The notes under the pieces were generated by a model. That model ran no database searches. It worked only from the letters and a program-made list of their open reading frames with translations, and was not told where the DNA came from. A stretch of DNA of 64,000 nt from a virus (taxonomy: Duplodnaviria; Caudoviricetes). Positions 9,320 to 19,172 of this stretch are shown piece by piece; the stretch's first letter is position 1, and each line of letters opens with the position of its first letter. The stretch lies in the IMG/VR virus record IMGVR_UViG_3300035208_002115; one strand, given 5' to 3'. Both the position numbers and the translations under genes were made by a program.

Positions 9320-10327
9320 TTATATTTTCTGAACTTCTTTCTTCCCGTACCACGCTTCTTCTATTTCAGGTAATAGATAATTCTTCCGACAGATAGCAGG
9401 GGTGTGGCCTATTTCTTCGGCAACCTTTCTTAACACGTCATTAAACATTCTTTTAATTTCACCATCGGTTTCTGGCTTTTTTAATTTTCTTAATTTCTCG
9501 GACATTAGCTTATTTACTTTGAACCCTCTCAAATCTTTACTGGTAATGTCAAAATTACTCAGATAATTATTTACTTGCACGTTCTTTATCGATAAACCAG
9601 ATGATGTGACAAATACTTCACCACTATTGTTCGTCATAAATTCCTTTAAATTTCTTGCTACTTTACTATCTGAGAAAGATACCGTATGGTTTACACCAGA
9701 CTTACCTATATATGATAACTTAATTTCATTACCATCTATTCTAATATGTTTTTTCATAAAATGTGCTACGCCAAAATGCCCATCTGAAGATGAAAATTCA
9801 TTACCGACTCTTTCACCAGTAATATCTATTATACGGACAATAGTAGCAACCATTTTTATTTTTTCATCTTCCGAATCCATGTCAATGCTAACCTTTCTTC
9901 TGAGTTTTTGAATATTATCCTGAAGATTTAAAACAGCAGAACGCTTTTTATCCCAACGTTTTTTTAAATCTGCTTCTGATATTTCTAATTTTTCTTTTAT
10001 ACTATATCTTTTCTTTGGCGGGTCAGGTCTTTCAAAATCATCTGGTGAATTCAATAATTCATCTTCAAAAACATCATATTCAAACCCATCACTAAATCTA
10101 ACTCTATATGTTCTTGGTTCTCCGTTCTCACCACGTTCTAATGGTGTATCACCACCACCTTCAGTTTCTATTTTAAGTACTAATACTTTTTGATGAGACC
10201 GATACCAAACTTCAGCATCGGCAGACGCTGGGCTTTCAAAACAATGATATTCAAACCAAAATTCTTTACCAACTTTATCGTCAATTAATGCAGCTTCAAA
10301 TAATTTAAATGATAATAAGTGTTTCAT
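9320..10327 (-). CDS. DNA topoisomerase IB-like protein
   Basis: RVGNE, YIGKSGV, SKDLR, IGHTPAICRKNY carry the R-K-R-H-Y catalytic pentad. Confidence 0.8.
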   Translation of the reverse strand: MKHLLSFKLFEAALIDDKVGKEFWFEYHCFESPASADAEVWYRSHQKVLVLKIETEGGGDTPLERGENGEPRTYRVRFSDGFEYDVFEDELLNSPDDFERPDPPKKRYSIKEKLEISEADLKKRWDKKRSAVLNLQDNIQKLRRKVSIDMDSEDEKIKMVATIVRIIDITGERVGNEFSSSDGHFGVAHFMKKHIRIDGNEIKLSYIGKSGVNHTVSFSDSKVARNLKEFMTNNSGEVFVTSSGLSIKNVQVNNYLSNFDITSKDLRGFKVNKLMSEKLRKLKKPETDGEIKRMFNDVLRKVAEEIGHTPAICRKNYLLPEIEEAWYGKKEVQKI

Positions 10328-10863
10328 TAATTAAAATTTATTTGTAATTCCTTATTTACTTCATCCTCAGTTAACATTTTTGAAAATTTATCTGGTGTGA
10401 TATTATCATTATATATTAATTGTTCACATAAATACAATGAATGTCTATAATCAAGACTTTCCCATATCATTTTTTGGTTTCCTCGTGTTTCATCAATACC
10501 AAAATAATCTAATACATAAGTATATGTATCATCAATTAAATCAAATAACTCATAATCGTCTGGGTACATTTTTTCTATATTTAAATTTTTAAATGGAATT
10601 TCAATAATATACCAATCTTTTTTTTCACCATCCAAATAACGATAATTTGAAGCAACATATAAACTATCTGTTAAATAAATACCTTCTATGAAATGGTGAC
10701 TTTTTGATTTATTAATTAATAAACCATCTGTTTTAACACTTGGATTGTTTGTTAAATGATATAATTTTTCAGGGTCTTTGTAAAAATTAAAATTATCAGG
10801 AAATACGGAATTAATACCATTATTTAATCCTTCAAATAATTTAAATGTTAATAAGTGTTTCAT
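10327..10863 (-). CDS. putative ADP-ribosyltransferase-fold protein
   Basis: LYHLT...DGL...GIYLTDS pattern; starts MKHLLTFKLFE. Confidence 0.55.
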   Translation of the reverse strand: MKHLLTFKLFEGLNNGINSVFPDNFNFYKDPEKLYHLTNNPSVKTDGLLINKSKSHHFIEGIYLTDSLYVASNYRYLDGEKKDWYIIEIPFKNLNIEKMYPDDYELFDLIDDTYTYVLDYFGIDETRGNQKMIWESLDYRHSLYLCEQLIYNDNITPDKFSKMLTEDEVNKELQINFN

Positions 10864-10909
10864 TAATAAACTATGTCTTTATATTATATATAAAAAATAA
10901 AAATATAAA

Positions 10910-11362
10910 TTGAAAAGGGTCTTTTTTCTATTGATACTAACTATTCTAATCTCGTGTTCTTCAACTAAATATACTTTTTATTATGAAAAAAAAGTGCAGT
11001 TGATAGAGAATAAAGGGATGCACTTTATGAAAACTTATATTAATGGTAAACCATTTTATTTATTAATTGACACTGGTGCAAGTAAATCCCTTTTAGATAT
11101 TACACAAAATAAAGATGTTGGTTTTGGGTATATGTTATTAGCCAAAAACAAGTATGTTGGGATTGGTGGGGTCACTGATATTTATGTAATATTCGATTAT
11201 AAAATGGATGATTTATTTATAACCTTCATGGGTTGTGACTTATCAGAAGTTATCTCTTATTTTGATAAAGATGGAATGCATATTGTTGGTGTTTTAGGTG
11301 CGGATTTCTTCGATACATATAAAGCTAAAATAGATTTCACTACGAATATTTTGTATTATTAA
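10910..11362 (+). CDS. retropepsin-like aspartic protease, putative lipoprotein
   Basis: LIDTGAS and GVLGADF motifs; signal peptide with lipobox-like LISC. Confidence 0.75.
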   Translation: MKRVFFLLILTILISCSSTKYTFYYEKKVQLIENKGMHFMKTYINGKPFYLLIDTGASKSLLDITQNKDVGFGYMLLAKNKYVGIGGVTDIYVIFDYKMDDLFITFMGCDLSEVISYFDKDGMHIVGVLGADFFDTYKAKIDFTTNILYY

Positions 11363-11381
11363 TATGAACTAAAAATATATT

Positions 11382-11741
11382 TTATATTTTCGAATTAGTA
11401 TAAACTTTATCATCGTGTAGTTCAAGCCAATTCTTAACATCTACTTTAGTTGAAGCAGACCACGACCCTTTACCAGTTGCATAATTATAATTACTAAATG
11501 AAACATCAGTTGGATATCTCAACTGTTTTTCAGTGCGTTTGATATTATACTTTTTCTCAATTTCATCATTTATTTCAATATTTTTTTTAGAAAGATTATC
11601 ACCTAATGACATCCATTCATCATGACTTATTGAATTTAATGCTGTGATTGTATAATATTTACCAGTCCAAGATAGTTTTATTTCCACTTCACATTTATTT
11701 CCTGAAGATTCGAATATTTTAAAATTTAGAATATGTTTCAT
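11382..11741 (-). CDS. hypothetical protein with capsid-targeting-like N-terminus
   Basis: Starts MKHILNFKIFES. Confidence 0.7.
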   Translation of the reverse strand: MKHILNFKIFESSGNKCEVEIKLSWTGKYYTITALNSISHDEWMSLGDNLSKKNIEINDEIEKKYNIKRTEKQLRYPTDVSFSNYNYATGKGSWSASTKVDVKNWLELHDDKVYTNSKI

Positions 11742-11747
11742 AATTTT

Positions 11748-11987
11748 TTATTTAAGTGTTCCAGATATTTCAACTTCTTCGCCATCAATGGTCACTTTAA
11801 ATGAATATCTGCCGTATCCTCTATTAAAAGATTTAATTGTACCACCAACGGCTCTAACCAAATTTTCGAGTTCATTGGTACTTATCAAATCATCAAAATA
11901 CATATTAAGTAATGTATTTAGTTTTTTATAATTCTTATTTTCCTTTTTATTTTCCTCGAATAAATTAAAGGATAAAAATGTGTTCAT
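11748..11987 (-). CDS. hypothetical protein with capsid-targeting-like N-terminus
   Basis: Starts MNTFLSFNLFEE. Confidence 0.65.
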   Translation of the reverse strand: MNTFLSFNLFEENKKENKNYKKLNTLLNMYFDDLISTNELENLVRAVGGTIKSFNRGYGRYSFKVTIDGEEVEISGTLK

Positions 11988-11989
11988 AT

Positions 11990-12349
11990 TTATTCACCAA
12001 TTTCTATTTTCCACCAACCACGAGATTCTTCATCACTATCAGCTTTTGCTATTACTAATTCTCCCTCGGTCATTCCATTTTCTACCTGAGATGCTACATA
12101 ATCATAGTCAGCATCACCCATTTCAAAACCATCTTCAAATATTTCATAATTTATAGTCCAATATGGGTGATATCCAGATGTATATTCTTGTCTGATTAAA
12201 GAAGCAATATGAGCTAATTTATCTTCTTCATTTACATCTTCCTGTGATTGAATATCGTCATTATTATCATCTGGTTGGGTTTGACCCTGTAATTCATCTT
12301 GTATTTCATCTTCTTGTGAATATGATTCGAATGTTTTTAAGTATTTCAT
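11990..12349 (-). CDS. acidic protein with capsid-targeting-like N-terminus
   Basis: Starts MKYLKTFESY; resembles 5097-5390 in composition and C-terminus. Confidence 0.7.
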   Translation of the reverse strand: MKYLKTFESYSQEDEIQDELQGQTQPDDNNDDIQSQEDVNEEDKLAHIASLIRQEYTSGYHPYWTINYEIFEDGFEMGDADYDYVASQVENGMTEGELVIAKADSDEESRGWWKIEIGE

Positions 12350-12480
12350 TTTTATATTTTTATTTTTTAATAAACTATTTTTCTAATAGCGTCTTTTACT
12401 TGTTCTGCTGTTGTAATTTTATCCCAATCTTTTAATATTTTACCTTGAATATTTTTGATATATCATATTCTTCAAAGGTT

Positions 12481-12882
12481 CTAACGAATTTCATCTTTTC
12501 TATTAGTTATTTTTTCATAATATTCCCTTTCATAACGGGATTTATCATCTTTATGTATAATTTCATTACCATCTAAATCGAAATAATTTTTGTATTTATT
12601 CTTAGTACCAGAGTAAGTCATATATCTAACATCCATTATAGCTGAACCATCTTTCATAACATATAATTTACCTTTATACAATTGTGAATTTGGCTTATTG
12701 GTTACTTCATATTTTTCTTTAACGTATTCTTTATACTTATCTTCAATTTCCACTTTTTCAGCAATAAATGAAGATGTCGAAGATAAATATTTAATTTTGA
12801 AATTATTCCCAATACGTATATCTTTCGGCATTTCATTTTTATTTTCTAATAAAAAGATATCAAAATTATTAATGTGTATCAT
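12481..12882 (-). CDS. hypothetical protein with capsid-targeting-like N-terminus
   Basis: Starts MIHINNFDIFLLE; TAATATATA on minus strand at 12905-12913. Confidence 0.65.
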   Translation of the reverse strand: MIHINNFDIFLLENKNEMPKDIRIGNNFKIKYLSSTSSFIAEKVEIEDKYKEYVKEKYEVTNKPNSQLYKGKLYVMKDGSAIMDVRYMTYSGTKNKYKNYFDLDGNEIIHKDDKSRYEREYYEKITNRKDEIR

Positions 12883-12954
12883 TTTAAATTATTTAATTTT
12901 ATATTATATATTAAAAAAATATATTAAATTTACACCTTACATAAATATTTTGTC

Positions 12955-13215
12955 ATGAAACCTATTTTGATTGATGATTTGATTAAGGACAATCTACCAC
13001 AGTCCGAACACACCGTTATTGTAAAAGGTATAAAAATGAAAGGATGGCAAGTTGCCAAACCTCTTAATTATGAACTTCAACATATATCATTAAGAAACAG
13101 AATTGTTATGGCTTTTTACGTATTAATAGGAAAAGCTATCGCTGTTAGATATTTTTGTGATATGAGTGATTCTGAACAATCAAAATACGTTGAAAACAAA
13201 ATTAAAAATAAATAA
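12955..13215 (+). CDS. hypothetical protein
   Basis: ORF at start of + strand run. Confidence 0.65.
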   Translation: MKPILIDDLIKDNLPQSEHTVIVKGIKMKGWQVAKPLNYELQHISLRNRIVMAFYVLIGKAIAVRYFCDMSDSEQSKYVENKIKNK

Positions 13216-13223
13216 TTTGTTTT

Positions 13224-13430
13224 ATGAAAGCCACAAATCTACATCACTTTTGTAGTAGCCCTGCACCTGCTGAATGGCGTGAAATCCCAGAGATAAAAGC
13301 ACAATATCCAAAACAAATCAACTGTGAAAAATCTTTACAAAAAATAGATAAATTGAATATCTGTGTGTGGATGATTGGTTGGGGTGGTGTCTGGAAACCA
13401 GCCAGTGATTTTTTTCATGTAACAAAATAA
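13224..13430 (+). CDS. hypothetical protein
   Basis: Packed ORF. Confidence 0.6.
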   Translation: MKATNLHHFCSSPAPAEWREIPEIKAQYPKQINCEKSLQKIDKLNICVWMIGWGGVWKPASDFFHVTK

Positions 13431-13432
13431 TA

Positions 13433-13747
13433 ATGGAAGCAAGAATATTAGACCTATTAAAGTCCATAGAATCTTTGGTCGAAAAAAGTATTCATACTAC
13501 TATGACAGAAGAAAAGGCTACGGATATATACGCCATTACTAATGAACTCATGTGTTTGTTAATAGGGAAAAATGATACCGAGACAATAGAGTTTGAATTG
13601 AAAAGTAAATCATTACATGAAATAATACAAAAATGTCAATCGTTGGATATTGACCCCAAAAAGACTAAAATTACATATAAAATTTTTGAAGATATTTCAT
13701 ACCCTGATGAATATTATGCTAAACTTTATTTAAAATATAAAAAGTAA
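13433..13747 (+). CDS. hypothetical protein
   Basis: Packed ORF. Confidence 0.65.
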   Translation: MEARILDLLKSIESLVEKSIHTTMTEEKATDIYAITNELMCLLIGKNDTETIEFELKSKSLHEIIQKCQSLDIDPKKTKITYKIFEDISYPDEYYAKLYLKYKK

Positions 13748-14250
13748 TGTCAACTGATGATTTAAAACAAATATATTTAGTTGTATTTAATCAATATACG
13801 AATATAGTCACAGTCACATCAAACTTTGAAAAAAGACTTCATTATTTTATTGGATTATTCAGTTTATATCTTTCAACTGTTACTATTATTTCAATACAAA
13901 TATTTTTGAATACTGACCGTTTCGTATCTTATTATAAAACCAGTTGGCTTACTTATGTTTCTATTATTGGTTTTATATCATTCATCATTATCGACCTTAT
14001 TATATTCACATATTTTTATAAATCTAAAAGAAGATATACAACGAATTTAGGTGATGTCATTGAAATATGTGAATCGCAGAATTTAGATAATGCTCTTACA
14101 TTACATATAGATGAAATGAAATTTTGTATTGAACAAAATTTTAAAAAATATGATATACGCTCAAATCTTTTTAATTTATCTAAAAAGCTATTTTTTATTT
14201 TGATTAATTTTATAGTTTTGGGATTAATAATATTAATAATTTTCACTTAA
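13747..14250 (+). CDS. hypothetical membrane protein
   Basis: Three hydrophobic segments. Confidence 0.65.
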   Translation: MSTDDLKQIYLVVFNQYTNIVTVTSNFEKRLHYFIGLFSLYLSTVTIISIQIFLNTDRFVSYYKTSWLTYVSIIGFISFIIIDLIIFTYFYKSKRRYTTNLGDVIEICESQNLDNALTLHIDEMKFCIEQNFKKYDIRSNLFNLSKKLFFILINFIVLGLIILIIFT

Positions 14251-14607
14251 ATGGTATATAGTCCATGCTAAAAGAAGTCAATTATAAAGAGTTGTGTCAT
14301 ATTTTTAAAAAGCTTGAAATATCAAGTCCATTATGTCAAAATTGTGAAAATTACATAAACCATAAACTTATTAAAGACGAACATGGTAGAATTCATTCAC
14401 TACTAATTGAATGTAAATCTTTTAATTTTGTCTAACTAAAAATATATTTATGATACAAATAGGTAATTATATTTATGAATTATGTATAACTGGTGATTGG
14501 GTTCGCTGTGGTAAAATTATAAATGGGGTTGATACGGATTATATAGAATGGTTTGTTTAATAAAATAAACAAATTATCTATAATATACTATAAAAAATAA
14601 AAATTAA

Positions 14608-14868
14608 ATGGAAACTGAAAACCCAAAGATTAATACCTGCTCTACATGTAAACATTGGGGTGGTCAGGGTGTAATTGGTGTAGTACAAGTATTCTCTGGT
14701 GATAATAGAACTTGTATGGCTTATCTGTTTGGTGACATGGATAATGATGATTTTCGACCTATGCCAGATTGGGTTGTAACATTTGGGACTCTGGGTGGTG
14801 CAAAAGGTGTTCTCAAAGTTCATAAAGACTTTGGATGTATAAACCACAATAACAAATTCGAAATATAG
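14608..14868 (+). CDS. small Cys-rich protein
   Basis: CSTCKHW...C...DFGCINH; AAAC-N18-TATAA upstream (14567-14593). Confidence 0.65.
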   Translation: METENPKINTCSTCKHWGGQGVIGVVQVFSGDNRTCMAYLFGDMDNDDFRPMPDWVVTFGTLGGAKGVLKVHKDFGCINHNNKFEI

Positions 14869-15414
14869 ATATTTTGGACAGGTTAATTTTATGAATATAA
14901 TATTTGTAAATCGGAAATATATTGTTGGTGGTAAATGGTTGCGATTCGAGAAAATGAAAGGTATAAAATTAATAGGTTTTAAAATTGCAATCGGAAAATT
15001 TGAAGTTAGAATATATTTAATTAGAATAGGTTTAAATAATGATTAATGATTATGTGAATTTAAAACGAGAATGGATGATTCGAACATTTGAAACAATATG
15101 GGGGGTGTTTAAGCTATCTGTTAATTATTAACATTATTATTTTGAAAATAAACAAAAATTCAATATCATACTATAAGAATAATTGGAAATTATTTCTTCA
15201 TTTATTATTAAGAACCAAACGATTTGGTGTCAATAATAAATGGTGGAATGATTTTGATTCATTATTTGGATTGCCATTTGTGATAATAATATGGAGAATA
15301 CTAATTGTCAAACCATTAATTATTGAGTGGTCAAAGATTAAGTTTAGAATAGTTGCATGTCATTTTATTTCAGATAAAGAAAAAAATATAATTGGTATTA
15401 CTAAAATGTAAATT

Positions 15415-15840
15415 ATGTCGAAATATAAATTTAATCCATTAAAACATGGATATGAACCTATCTCAACACACCCAGAATTGAGTTATCGATTTCCATTAAT
15501 GGATGATGTTTGGTTTATAAAAATAATTGCATATGATGATTTAAGTGGTTTGGTTTATTGGTATTCTGCTTTATCTGTTTCAGTTGGATTACCACCTGAT
15601 GATAGAGTACATATAGTATCTGGTACACATGATTTCAGAAGACCAGCCAAATATGAAAAACAAAGTAAAATACATACTAATTATACTGGTTTAATTTCAT
15701 CGGACGAATTTGCCAAGGAACTTCTGAAACATTTGTTTGGCACTACTAAGAATGAAAGTGTTGAAAAGGAAGGTATCGAAAGATATAGTACCAATATAGG
15801 TAAGGAAATGCGTTTAAAATTTAATCACTTGATATCATGA
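15415..15840 (+). CDS. hypothetical protein
   Basis: ORF with ATGA overlap to next gene. Confidence 0.7.
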   Translation: MSKYKFNPLKHGYEPISTHPELSYRFPLMDDVWFIKIIAYDDLSGLVYWYSALSVSVGLPPDDRVHIVSGTHDFRRPAKYEKQSKIHTNYTGLISSDEFAKELLKHLFGTTKNESVEKEGIERYSTNIGKEMRLKFNHLIS

Positions 15841-16037
15841 AAATGTCAGTTCAATTGAGTAAAGGTTTTAAAACCGATATGACTGGATTAGAGGTGAAAG
15901 TCGATGATAAGGTTGTCGGAGAAGTACTCGATTATGATTCGGAAACAGGAATGGCAAATATAAAATTGGATAAAGAAAAGTGTGATGCAATAGGTTTTAA
16001 CCCTCTTGCTGGTAGAAATATAGGATTAATTTTATAG
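15837..16037 (+). CDS. hypothetical protein
   Basis: Packed ORF. Confidence 0.6.
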   Translation: MKMSVQLSKGFKTDMTGLEVKVDDKVVGEVLDYDSETGMANIKLDKEKCDAIGFNPLAGRNIGLIL

Positions 16038-16046
16038 ATTATAATC

Positions 16047-16367
16047 ATGATTGAAATAAATGGTAAACAATTTCCTTTATGGAGTCAATTTATCGAAAGA
16101 AAGAGTGAATGGATGGGTGGTACACTACAAGACATGGGTGATGATATGGATGTTTTACTTGGTTTGGGGTCTATGACAACAAAAATAACAGATATTGATT
16201 TAAGAGCTAATGGCGATGATTCTGCATATTTTAGTGTAGATGGGGAAAACTTCGGGTGTGGATTTGATGTTCAATATGGTGGTATAATAGCTGGTGCTGC
16301 GGGGTGGATAACATTCAGTGGTTACGGTGGTCATACTTGGAGAATAAAAATGAAAAATGAAAAATGA
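16047..16367 (+). CDS. hypothetical protein
   Basis: Gly-rich packed ORF. Confidence 0.7.
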   Translation: MIEINGKQFPLWSQFIERKSEWMGGTLQDMGDDMDVLLGLGSMTTKITDIDLRANGDDSAYFSVDGENFGCGFDVQYGGIIAGAAGWITFSGYGGHTWRIKMKNEK

Positions 16368-16567
16368 AAACTAAAATTATTAGTATTAGAACTGTTCTTG
16401 GAAATGAACGAGTGTTCACGGTTAATGGGGCTTGTCCTGTTACAAATAAAGTTATATCAAGTATAATATTTTATGATAGGTGGGCGTATAGAATGTACGA
16501 TGCTGATGATAACTTGATTTCCGAAGTTGTTAATACACCATGTATTATTGTTTATGGACATGAATAA
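16364..16567 (+). CDS. hypothetical protein
   Basis: ATGA overlap. Confidence 0.6.
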   Translation: MKTKIISIRTVLGNERVFTVNGACPVTNKVISSIIFYDRWAYRMYDADDNLISEVVNTPCIIVYGHE

Positions 16568-16949
16568 TTCTGATAACATACCAATTAATTTCTGGGATGA
16601 TTTTTACGATGATGATTTTGTACCAGAAGGTAAAATTCAAGAAACATATGCATATATTGAAGAACGCAATTATCCCCTCGAAAAACAAAAAGACTGTTTA
16701 TATTTACTTCTTAGTTATATTAATGAAAATATAAAATTAGAAGGTGTTAAAATATGGATTGAATTTTACGATTCAAAGAAGGAATATCCAGACCTCATCG
16801 GAACTGAGAATGAGTGGTGTTTATTTGAAAGGTGGGAAATAAAAATTGAAAATATAACACATGTTCAACTTGAATATTTGATTGAAGAACTAAATAGTGT
16901 CACTTTGATGTTTGATAATTTACAACTTAATATATATTCTGAATCATGA
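16560..16949 (+). CDS. hypothetical protein
   Basis: Start moved to ATG at 16560 (MNNSDN). Confidence 0.65.
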   Translation: MNNSDNIPINFWDDFYDDDFVPEGKIQETYAYIEERNYPLEKQKDCLYLLLSYINENIKLEGVKIWIEFYDSKKEYPDLIGTENEWCLFERWEIKIENITHVQLEYLIEELNSVTLMFDNLQLNIYSES

Positions 16950-17173
16950 AAAAGCCAACACACAAAAGAGAAAATGGGTTACAGTTTACTCATGTTAAAA
17001 TAAAACCAATAGTTAAAAACAGACATTATATATCTTTATTTTCTTATAGTTTTAACGATATTGAACCAATGATGGATACCACAATTGGTGGTGAATCTGC
17101 TGAAGAATGCCTTAAAAAGACCGAAAAGTTTTTACAAACTAATTTAAAACCATCTGAATATACATTTTTTTAA
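16946..17173 (+). CDS. hypothetical protein
   Basis: ATGA overlap. Confidence 0.6.
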   Translation: MKKPTHKRENGLQFTHVKIKPIVKNRHYISLFSYSFNDIEPMMDTTIGGESAEECLKKTEKFLQTNLKPSEYTFF

Positions 17174-17191
17174 TGAAATCAATCAATAAAA

Positions 17192-17539
17192 ATGTTGAAT
17201 AATTTACCATCAATATTATTAGGCATTAATCGGAGTTTTATTAGTTGTGGACATAGAAGTATATTATTTGACTTTGCTTGGTACTTTCGATTATTTGACT
17301 ATATACGTGTGTTTGTTAAAAAATATATTCTAACTAAATTAAGATTAAGAGATAAACAAAGTTGTAGACATTGTGGTAGAGACCAGAGTGTAGTATGGTC
17401 TTGTGAAGATGTTTTATGGCTTAGATTACCAAAACGATGGCACAATACCGCATTATGTTTAGAATGTTTCGTAGCTTTACACCCAGATAAATTAAATACA
17501 GAAGATATTAAAATATTGGGTTATATAGAGTCAAGATAA
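17192..17539 (+). CDS. hypothetical zinc-binding protein
   Basis: CRHC...CLEC. Confidence 0.6.
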   Translation: MLNNLPSILLGINRSFISCGHRSILFDFAWYFRLFDYIRVFVKKYILTKLRLRDKQSCRHCGRDQSVVWSCEDVLWLRLPKRWHNTALCLECFVALHPDKLNTEDIKILGYIESR

Positions 17540-18223
17540 TATTTCTTCTAATTTATGTTTTCTTAATTTAGCTATACTTTCATTTAATGTTTTTCTATAA
17601 TGTTTTACCTCTGATTCCATCAAAGTGTTAAACACCCGTTTATCTTTTAATAATAATTCAAAAATATTTTTATGGCCAAACTCAGCCGATTTTTTAATCG
17701 CTTTATTAAATGTGAAAGTAGGGTCAACATTTTTATCTTGTAATAATCTTTCTACTACTTTGTAATTCCCTATTCGTGAGGATTCTATAATAGCTTGATG
17801 ATTGTCGAATGCTGGATGAAATCTATCTTGGGGGTCTTTCAATAAAAAATCAACCATATCCAATCTTCCTTCACTGGCAGAAACAGTTAATAAAGAACGA
17901 TTTTCATAATCATACCCAATCCAATTATTATCAACCAAAAATTTTAAAATATTAAATTTATTATACATGATTGCTGTTATACCAGCTCTAACACCAACAT
18001 GGGGTTTACTAATTTTATCGTGGTTTAATGTGAATATAACTGATAACAGATTACCAGACTTTATAGCATAATCCAATATAATATCAGGACTCATCCCTAA
18101 ATTCAAAGCTAATTTAATTTTCTTTAATGAACCGTTTTTTATATAATCGAATAATATTGCATCGGATTTCCATTTAGGTAATCTTCTCAATTCATTTTTG
18201 TTTAATGATTTATGAATAGTCAT
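17531..18223 (-). CDS. ankyrin-repeat protein with C-terminal RxxKLxxI tag
   Basis: Repeats such as ASEGRLDMVDFLL, SSRIGNYKVVERLL, SAEFGHKNIFELLL; ends LRKHKLEEILS. Confidence 0.75.
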   Translation of the reverse strand: MTIHKSLNKNELRRLPKWKSDAILFDYIKNGSLKKIKLALNLGMSPDIILDYAIKSGNLLSVIFTLNHDKISKPHVGVRAGITAIMYNKFNILKFLVDNNWIGYDYENRSLLTVSASEGRLDMVDFLLKDPQDRFHPAFDNHQAIIESSRIGNYKVVERLLQDKNVDPTFTFNKAIKKSAEFGHKNIFELLLKDKRVFNTLMESEVKHYRKTLNESIAKLRKHKLEEILS

Positions 18224-18507
18224 ATTATTCTTTGTTCTAAATGTCTTTTTTAATGTCTATAATTTCATCAGATTGTTGATTCATTATTTGGTTAAAAAGT
18301 TCTTCTCTTATTTTATAATTATAACCAAATATATTCATATCACTTCTATCAGCTATTCTCAATGACCCTTCCAATACACGAATCATAATAATGAGTTGTT
18401 TTTCGGTAACTTTCATATTTAAATTATTAATTTATACACAAAAATAATATTAAATAATTAATTAATTGGAATAAATTAATAAATTTGTAAGGCTTAAATA
18501 AAATACC

Positions 18508-18795
18508 ATGAAAGTGAAAATAATACTATTATTATCCATATTTTTTATTTTTCTTTCTTCTTGTTCTAAATGTAGAGAATGTAAAAAAGAAGAATGGGTA
18601 GTTAAAAAAATTGAGGTGGAATTAATAACTGGAACAAAAAAAATTGTTTATTTCAAAATTCCACCGTATTCCGATGTAACTATATCCAGTACTAACGGTT
18701 CATATCGAATGAGTGCATGGGTATATGATGCGATTTGTATAAAAAATGAGATAACACTAATGTACGGAGTAGTGTATTGTAAAGTATTAAACTGA
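18508..18795 (+). CDS. putative lipoprotein
   Basis: Signal peptide ending LSSC. Confidence 0.6.
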   Translation: MKVKIILLLSIFFIFLSSCSKCRECKKEEWVVKKIEVELITGTKKIVYFKIPPYSDVTISSTNGSYRMSAWVYDAICIKNEITLMYGVVYCKVLN

Positions 18796-18953
18796 TGATA
18801 AAAAAAATTAAAAATCCAGTTAAAGTAATACTTACTAAAGAGATATCAAAAGTAACTGGGTTACAAAAATGCACTAAATGTGATAGCCCAAAGAATGGTT
18901 GGAGTTCGCATTGTAAATTTTGTGGTATGCCCATTGTTTATTAAATTAATAAC

Positions 18954-19172
18954 ATGAAAGTAGGTGATATAGTAAAACCAACAAAAGAAAGCGGATTCAT
19001 ATTATGTTGTGGTTCAGGATGGTATGAAGACGCAGTGGTTGTTTCTATGTCACCATTTATGCTTAAATCAAGAGAAGCTGATATGACGTGGATTAGTACT
19101 ATTAAAGAAGAATATTTTTATGTGGTCGGTGAAATAGACCATGAAACGTATATAAATTATTATTGTCGATGA
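18954..19172 (+). CDS. hypothetical protein
   Basis: MKVGDIV start typical of small phage SH3/KOW-like proteins. Confidence 0.6.
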   Translation: MKVGDIVKPTKESGFILCCGSGWYEDAVVVSMSPFMLKSREADMTWISTIKEEYFYVVGEIDHETYINYYCR

